From positions 1 through 59,796 of the IMG/VR virus record IMGVR_UViG_3300036773_000041: a DNA stretch of 59,796 nucleotides. One strand, 5' to 3'. Position 1 is the stretch's first letter; every line of letters begins with the position of its first letter. The notes below the pieces were generated by a model, which made no database searches, was not told where the DNA came from, and saw nothing but the letters and a program-made list of their open reading frames with translations. Positions 54,161 through 59,796 of this stretch are shown piece by piece. Made by a program: the position numbers and the translations under genes. This DNA comes from a virus. Its lineage: Duplodnaviria > Caudoviricetes.

Positions 54161-55614
54161 CCGACCACTACACGCCGCTCGTCGCCGACGCCCTGAACCA
54201 GGCGTTCCCCGACCATCTCCTCGACACCGCGATCAACGCCGCCGGCGGCACCGTGGCCAAGGCCGCCAGCGGTCACGACGCAGCCCGCGACGCCGCCCGC
54301 GAGGCACTGGCCGACGGGCACCTCACCACCGGCGAGCTCGAGCAGCTCATCCGCGACCTGTGGGCCGACTCCTACTTCGCCGGGACGCACGCCGCGCTCG
54401 AGCAGACCGGCGGCAGCGTCACCGGCACCCTGGGCGGTGCGCTCGCCGGTATGGACTGGGGCACGTGGCGGCCGGGGGACATGACCGCTGCGGCGCTCGC
54501 TGCCGATGGTGGCCTCGCGTCCCTGCTGGCTGAGGCTGGTGCCGCGGTGCGGGGGATCACCGGCACCACCCTGGACATGCTCGGCAACCGCATCGCCGAC
54601 GGCCTCGCATCCGGCCTGTCCGTCGACCAGGTCGCCCGCACGCTGCGTGACCTCGTCGGCGGGGCGTCACGCGCGGAGATGATCGCCCACACTGAAACGG
54701 CCAGGGCGATGGTCGCCGCGACGATGGGCGTCTACAGCGGCAACGGCATCGGCGACTGGAACCTCATCACCACCGAGGGCGCCTGCCAGACGTGCCTCGA
54801 CGTCGAAGCCGGCAACCCGCACCCGGTCGGCGACACCACGGGCCTGCCGCCGCTGCATCCCCGCTGCCGCTGCGCGCCCGCACCAGGCGCCTCGGCGACC
54901 ACGGCTGCCACGACGGGCCTTCCGATGGGCTCCGGCCTCTCCCTGGCCGATCTGGGCCTGTCTGAGGCCGACCTCGCCGGGGCTGGCGAGACGGCCGCAC
55001 CAGGCGCCGAGGTGGGCGAGGTGGGCGAGGATCTGGCGGCGCTCTCCGATGAGGACCTATCCGGCCGGCTCGGCGACGCCGCGGCCGACCCCGAGCAACT
55101 CGACCGGGTCCTCGCCGAGCTCGACCGCCGCGACGAACAGGCACGCACCGCAGCCGCGAAGGAAGCGAAGCGGGCCGCGCGGGAGGAAGCGAAGGACGCC
55201 GAGTTCAACAAGCTCGTCGACGCCGGCCACGACCCCACCGAGGCCTACGCCCAGGTGTACGGCGTGTCGGCGGAGAAGCAAGCCCGCGAGCAGGCCATCT
55301 CCTCGCTGCGCGGCAACGGCTACCACGGCAAGGGATTCGACGAGCTCGCCCGGGCGGCGTTCAAGGACCACGCCGAACAGTCGTTCTACGACGCCGAGGA
55401 CGTCACCCGCGGCCACATGCTCAACAAGGCCGGGCAAGCCGCCGGCATCGACCCCCGGTCGCTGTTCACCGGGGCGGAGTCGAGGGCACGGAAATACGCC
55501 TCGGAGGATCTCCTCGAATACTTCGAGCGGCACGGTAGGTTGACGCTCAACGACTTCGTCGACGGACTGCTCGGCGGGGCGAAACGCTCGCAGGCAACGG
55601 GGTACTGGCGATGA
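54088..55614 (+). CDS. MuF-like minor head protein, probably expressed by frameshift from the portal gene
   Basis: RAEMIAHTETARA...ACQTC...PPLHPRCRC; frame open 55 codons upstream of GTG 54253, which lacks a clear RBS. Confidence 0.85.
   Translation, partial: CRPKSPSWRDGPGLVPQHQFDLPLTDHYTPLVADALNQAFPDHLLDTAINAAGGTVAKAASGHDAARDAAREALADGHLTTGELEQLIRDLWADSYFAGTHAALEQTGGSVTGTLGGALAGMDWGTWRPGDMTAAALAADGGLASLLAEAGAAVRGITGTTLDMLGNRIADGLASGLSVDQVARTLRDLVGGASRAEMIAHTETARAMVAATMGVYSGNGIGDWNLITTEGACQTCLDVEAGNPHPVGDTTGLPPLHPRCRCAPAPGASATTAATTGLPMGSGLSLADLGLSEADLAGAGETAAPGAEVGEVGEDLAALSDEDLSGRLGDAAADPEQLDRVLAELDRRDEQARTAAAKEAKRAAREEAKDAEFNKLVDAGHDPTEAYAQVYGVSAEKQAREQAISSLRGNGYHGKGFDELARAAFKDHAEQSFYDAEDVTRGHMLNKAGQAAGIDPRSLFTGAESRARKYASEDLLEYFERHGRLTLNDFVDGLLGGAKRSQATGYWR
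54094..54100 (+). other. Putative -1 ribosomal frameshift heptamer C-CCA-AAA
   Basis: X-XXY-YYZ in the portal frame; the -1 frame is open from 54088 into the MuF ORF. Confidence 0.75.
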
Positions 55615-55775
55615 TCAGCGCAGCTGCTCGGGCTGAGGCTTTGGGGACGCGCGCCGGGAAGGCGTTCGTCGACACCGGCGCGCCCAGCCGCAACCCGTTC
55701 CTCGACAACCCCAAGCTCGAGGACCTCGCCGCCACCTGGCGGCGCGCCTACTTCGCAGCGACCGCCCGCAGCTAG
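55611..55775 (+). CDS. Small 54-aa protein (not in the ORF track)
   Basis: ATGA overlap with MuF; MISAAARAEALGTRAG...NPF...WRRAYF. Confidence 0.55.
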   Translation: MISAAARAEALGTRAGKAFVDTGAPSRNPFLDNPKLEDLAATWRRAYFAATARS

Positions 55776-55960
55776 CGGCGGATCGCGACGCCGCGGCGTC
55801 GCATCTCCACCAGCAGCCGAGACCACACCCGCGCCGGCCGCAGATCCTCGACCCCGCACTCGGCGCAGACATGCCGGTGCTCCCGCCACGCCCAAGCGTG
55901 CGAGTCGTAGTCGGTGCCGCATGCCATCGCCGACAACCGTAACCGAAGGGGGTGCCACCT

Positions 55961-56350
55961 ATGCCCGTGCAGCCCGAGCAGCGGTACGTCCTCGGCGTCG
56001 CCTACCAAGCCGGCCCCGACCCGAAGATCAAGAAGGGCGCCGACGGACACCGCGACTACATCAGCGGCGAAGAGCTCGAGAAGGCCGCCTGGTCGTTCCT
56101 CGCGGGCGGCCAACCCGAGGTCGGCCTATTCCACGCCGAGCACACCACCGGCCACGCCCAGGTCGTCGAGTCCTACGTGTATCGCGGCCCGGACTGGGAC
56201 CTCGGCGACGGTGTGATCGTGAAGGCGGGCGACTGGCTCGTCGGCGCGGTCCTCGACGACATCGCGTGGGAGCTCTACAAGTCCGGCCACGTCACCGGCT
56301 GGTCGCCGCAGGGCAAGGCGCGGCGCCGCACACCGACGGCCACGCCGTGA
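55961..56350 (+). CDS. XkdF-like putative prohead protease
   Basis: EQRYVLGVAY...ELEKAAW...GLFH...VVESY...GDWLVG...TGWSPQG. Confidence 0.8.
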   Translation: MPVQPEQRYVLGVAYQAGPDPKIKKGADGHRDYISGEELEKAAWSFLAGGQPEVGLFHAEHTTGHAQVVESYVYRGPDWDLGDGVIVKAGDWLVGAVLDDIAWELYKSGHVTGWSPQGKARRRTPTATP

Positions 56351-56652
56351 CGCTGATCGCGCAGTTCCCGCACTGCGATCAGCGGGTGCTGCACGCCCCA
56401 GGCGAATGCGAGTACTGCGACCGGCGCCCCGAGTGGCAGGAGCTCCGCACCGCGTGGGGCATCGCGTTCACCGGGCACAAGCCGGCCGGTGACTGGGTGA
56501 CCCTGCCGTGCCCGGCTGACGTCGCCCGACCGGCCGGTTCGCCGGCTGACCACCGGCAGTGGGGCGGCAACGTCACCACCGGCTGGACGGGCACGAGCAA
56601 GCCGGCACCGCGCTGGCGGCACATCTGGCGAATCTGGTGGAGGAAGCGATGA
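56347..56652 (+). CDS. Hypothetical protein
   Basis: Coupled; FPHCDQRVLHAPGECEYCD. Confidence 0.6.
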   Translation: MTLIAQFPHCDQRVLHAPGECEYCDRRPEWQELRTAWGIAFTGHKPAGDWVTLPCPADVARPAGSPADHRQWGGNVTTGWTGTSKPAPRWRHIWRIWWRKR

Positions 56653-58199
56653 CCGCACCCGGCGACGACGAGTTCACCGAGATCCACGAGGCCGACATCC
56701 CCCGCGTCGACCTCGTCGGGAAGTCCGCGAACGGACTGTCGTTCCTCATCGCGAAGAGCGAGGACGGGCCGGCCGGCATGTTCGCGCCGGAGTTCGTGCG
56801 CTCGCTCGTCGCGAAGTCCGACAGCACCGGGCCGGACGTCGCCGAGACCGTGACCGTGACCGGCTCGCCGGGCGCGATCGCGCACATGATCCACAAGGCC
56901 GCGCAGCGCGCCACCCCCGAACCGTCCGACGTCTCCAAGGAGCACACCATGACCGCACCCGCAGACGTCGCGAAGGCAGACGGACCCGACCTTGAGGTCG
57001 GTGACATCGTGGCCGAGGCCCCGACCGGCGGCACCGGGGACTCCGTGCCCGGGTCGGCTGACTGGGAAGAGCTCGATGCCGAGACCGCGTGGGGCGCGAT
57101 CTCGGTTCTGGGTCGGGCGAAGTCCGCCGTCGAGTGGCTGGCCACCCGCGAGAACACCGAAGCCGTCAACAGCAACGACATCGACTCCGCAGCCGACTCG
57201 TCGATGGCCGCCTACGACCTCGGTGAGGTGTGCTACGCGCTGGACTACGCGATCAGCTGCCTCGGGTCGTTCGCCGCCGGGGAGAAGCTCGAAGCCGAGA
57301 TGGCCGAAGAGCTGCAGGCGGTCGGCAAGGCGTTCGCGGGGCTCGACGCTGACCTGTCGCCGCTGTCGACGATCGAGCGGTACGCACCGGTCGTGAAGGC
57401 CGGCAAGGTGCTGTCGTCGGCGAACGAGACCGCGATCCGCGGCGCTGTCGAGCAGCTGCAGAAGGTGCTCGCATCCCTCCCCGCAGCCCCCGACGCGGCC
57501 GACGGGGTCGCCAAGAGCAAGGAGACCACCGTGACCGCAACCGCTACCGCCGCCACCGCTGAGACGACCGAGGTCGAGAAGGCGAAGGGCGACCCGCAGG
57601 TCGCCGTCTACGACGCCAACGGCAACCTCGTCGGCGTCGCCGACCCATCGTCGATCACGCCGCTGTCCGACGCCAAGGCACCCGGCGCCGACGCGGCCGA
57701 CGACCTGGAGCCCGCGCCCGCGGCCGAGGTCGGCACCCCCGCTGACGCCCCCGAGGCGGCACCCGCCGCGCCTGCGCCCGTCGCAGCCGCCGCGCCCGCA
57801 GCCGACGACGAGGACGTCACCAAGACCGAAGCAACCACCACCGACACCGACCCCGCGGACCTGCTCAAGAGCATCGCGGCCGACCTGGTCAAGGCAGCCC
57901 TCGACGACTACAGCGCCAAGCAGGCGGACGTCGTCAAGGAGCTGGAGGACCGCGTCGCCAAGATGGAAGAGCTGCCCGCACCCCCGAAGGTCGGCTCCAA
58001 CGGTGTCCGCCCGCCGGTCGCTCCCGAGCACCTCCGCGGCCAGGACACCGGAGCAGCAACCGCCGACGTGACCAAGGCCGACGATCTGCGTGAGCGGCTC
58101 GCCAAGGCCCAGGACCCCGCCGAGCGCGACGCCATCTCCAACGAGATGAACGAGATGGCCTCCACCGCGCTCGCGGCGCTCCACGCCACCCGGCGGTAA
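56649..58199 (+). CDS. Capsid scaffolding/maturation protein
   Basis: GGAGG RBS; RVDLVGKSANG...FLIAKS and KAGKVLSSANE; acidic, Ala-rich; precedes the capsid gene. Confidence 0.75.
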   Translation: MTAPGDDEFTEIHEADIPRVDLVGKSANGLSFLIAKSEDGPAGMFAPEFVRSLVAKSDSTGPDVAETVTVTGSPGAIAHMIHKAAQRATPEPSDVSKEHTMTAPADVAKADGPDLEVGDIVAEAPTGGTGDSVPGSADWEELDAETAWGAISVLGRAKSAVEWLATRENTEAVNSNDIDSAADSSMAAYDLGEVCYALDYAISCLGSFAAGEKLEAEMAEELQAVGKAFAGLDADLSPLSTIERYAPVVKAGKVLSSANETAIRGAVEQLQKVLASLPAAPDAADGVAKSKETTVTATATAATAETTEVEKAKGDPQVAVYDANGNLVGVADPSSITPLSDAKAPGADAADDLEPAPAAEVGTPADAPEAAPAAPAPVAAAAPAADDEDVTKTEATTTDTDPADLLKSIAADLVKAALDDYSAKQADVVKELEDRVAKMEELPAPPKVGSNGVRPPVAPEHLRGQDTGAATADVTKADDLRERLAKAQDPAERDAISNEMNEMASTALAALHATRR

Positions 58200-58214
58200 A
58201 TCCCAGCCACTCCC

Positions 58215-58246
58215 AAGCCCCGCCGACCTGAGGGTCGCGGGGCTTT
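58215..58246 (+). terminator. Hairpin between scaffold and capsid genes
   Basis: AAGCCCCG-C-CGACC / GGTCG-CGGGGCTT followed by T. Confidence 0.55.
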
Positions 58247-58275
58247 CGCATACCCCGAGGAAGGGGTGACTCAGC

Positions 58276-59751
58276 ATGACCGCAGCACTGCAGGACATCA
58301 CCGAGCAGAGCCTCCAGGAGATCCAGAAGGCGTTCTCGGCTGGATTCTTCAACACCACCACCGGCGCGTACTCCTACGACCTGACCGGCGTCGTCCGGCT
58401 CATCCCGGTCGTCACGCCGTTCCGCGACAAGATCGGCCGCAAGGGCTCCACGGACGGTTCGCCGTTCGCGATCTGGCGCGCGTTCATGAACATCAACAAC
58501 CAGCAGCCGTCGCCGTTCCCGGGCTTCGACAAGGCAGGCAACGAGGTCAGCTTCAGCGAGCAGGACTTCCAGGCTCAGTACCGGCCCATCGCGCTCGCCG
58601 GCCTCGTCACCCAGGACTCGGTCGACCTGGCGAAGGGTCTGATGGACCCCTACGCCGAGGCGACGATGCAGGTCCTGAACCAGGTCCTCATCGGCGAGGA
58701 GAAGTCCCTCGTCGGTGCGCAGTCGTTCGCGCTGCCGCAGCCCGCGGCCATGACCGCGACCGCGGCGAACACCGGCGGCAGCCTCGCGGCCAGCTCGACG
58801 CAGGGTGTCGCTGTCGCGGCCCGCACCGCATTCGGCTACTACTACAGCGGCAACTCCCGTGGTCGGGCGTCAGGGCTGGCCCTGACCACGACCGGCACGG
58901 CCGGCTCCATCGCCGCGTCGATCCCCGCGGTGAAGGGCGCTGTCGCCTACGACTGGTTCTACACCAGCAACGGCGGCACCAACTGGTGGTACTACGGCAC
59001 CACCACCGTCTCGTCGATCCTGATCGTGAACACGATCGCCGCGAACGCCACCCCGGCCGCGTCCAACCTGCTGCCGGACTTCTCGACCTGGGCACCCACG
59101 CTGAACCAGGCCGCCGACAACGGCTCGGCGAACCCGGACGCGTTCGATGGGTTCCTGGCGTCGCTGACCGGCGACTACAACGCCGCCGGCCAGTTCGTCA
59201 CCCCGGGTACCGGCACCGCGAACGGTGCGGTGTTCATCGACGGCGGCGGCGCTGCCCTCACCCTGGCCGGCGGGCAGATCGGGCAGATCGAGCAGCTGTT
59301 CCAGGGCCTCTGGAACGGTCCGAAGGTGTCCCCGACGGCGCTGATGATGAACGGCGCCCAGGTCCAGGAGATCGCGAACCTGATCCTGGCCAACCCCTCG
59401 GCGGTCACGTACCTGAACACCGACGAGGCCGGACGCGTCGACGTCACCGCCGGTGGCCGGGTCGGGCACATCGTGAACTCCTACGCCAACACGGTCGTAC
59501 CGATCGAGGTCGAGGTGGCCGTGCCGCCCGGCACGATCGCCGCCCGCAGTGACCGGGTGCCGTTCCCGCAGGCCAACATCTCCAACGTGCTGGAGGTCCG
59601 GACCCTGCGCGACATGTCGCAGTTCGATTACGCGACCGGTCGCCAGGCCGGCGTCAACGGCGGCCCGCGCAAGGAGTTCGAGATCCGGTCGGTCGAGGCG
59701 TTCGTGAACCGAGCGCCCGTGGCCATGGGTGTTCTCACCAACATCCTCTGA
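58276..59751 (+). CDS. Major capsid protein
   Basis: 491 aa after the scaffold gene; YDL...LIPVVTPFRDKIGR...IGEEKSLVG...MGVLTNI. Confidence 0.85.
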   Translation: MTAALQDITEQSLQEIQKAFSAGFFNTTTGAYSYDLTGVVRLIPVVTPFRDKIGRKGSTDGSPFAIWRAFMNINNQQPSPFPGFDKAGNEVSFSEQDFQAQYRPIALAGLVTQDSVDLAKGLMDPYAEATMQVLNQVLIGEEKSLVGAQSFALPQPAAMTATAANTGGSLAASSTQGVAVAARTAFGYYYSGNSRGRASGLALTTTGTAGSIAASIPAVKGAVAYDWFYTSNGGTNWWYYGTTTVSSILIVNTIAANATPAASNLLPDFSTWAPTLNQAADNGSANPDAFDGFLASLTGDYNAAGQFVTPGTGTANGAVFIDGGGAALTLAGGQIGQIEQLFQGLWNGPKVSPTALMMNGAQVQEIANLILANPSAVTYLNTDEAGRVDVTAGGRVGHIVNSYANTVVPIEVEVAVPPGTIAARSDRVPFPQANISNVLEVRTLRDMSQFDYATGRQAGVNGGPRKEFEIRSVEAFVNRAPVAMGVLTNIL

Positions 59752-59759
59752 CCCTCCAG

Positions 59760-59796
59760 CAGTCGGGCGGCCCACATCAACAGGGCCGCCCGACTG
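59760..59796. terminator. 14-bp inverted repeat after the capsid gene
   Basis: CAGTCGGGCGGCCC (59760-59773) / GGGCCGCCCGACTG (59783-59796). Confidence 0.7.

Larger units (their letters stand above)
1..59796. mobile_element. Temperate actinobacterial siphophage genome, probably complete and circularly permuted
   Basis: Terminase, portal, capsid, tail, tape measure, lysin, integrase, repressor and recombination genes are all present. The capsid gene at the end is syntenic with head-tail genes at the start. No host genes were seen, and there is a single internal att core. Confidence 0.93.

Noticed and set aside
55772-55927. Minus-strand 51-aa ORF with CAEC motif in the head module gap
   Set aside because: No clear RBS and opposite to the operon; cannot be supported from sequence alone.

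Overview
The window looks like a complete, circularly permuted genome of a temperate, high-GC actinobacterial siphophage, apparently in its excised (attP) form. It opens just after the major capsid gene and ends with that gene. Order: head-tail and tail module (67-12481); lysis and membrane genes (12493-16422); a second fibre-like structural cluster (16499-20487); leftward accessory genes; an attP core matching a tmRNA/tRNA-Ala 3' end with a tyrosine integrase (21960-23465); a repressor/Cro switch (24046-25594); a long early operon (excisionase, RecE/RecT, HNH, DUF2303, VUT transporter with a TGT/DpdA-like gene, helicase-methyltransferase fusion, Rep-like gene, VRR-NUC); a CAT-anticodon tRNA; and the packaging/head module (TerS, TerL, portal-NUDIX, MuF, XkdF-like protease, scaffold, capsid). 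The most notable element is at 32040-33614: a stand-alone RAMP/Cas7-like gene directly preceded by a non-CRISPR array of six ~48-nt CGAC-delimited units built from 5-nt NN-(C)CC modules, with an uncharacterised gene upstream. This is a candidate phage RNA-guided system. Also notable is a canonical C-CCA-AAA -1 slippery site that would fuse portal-NUDIX to MuF. All family calls come from recognising motifs by eye; no searches were run.
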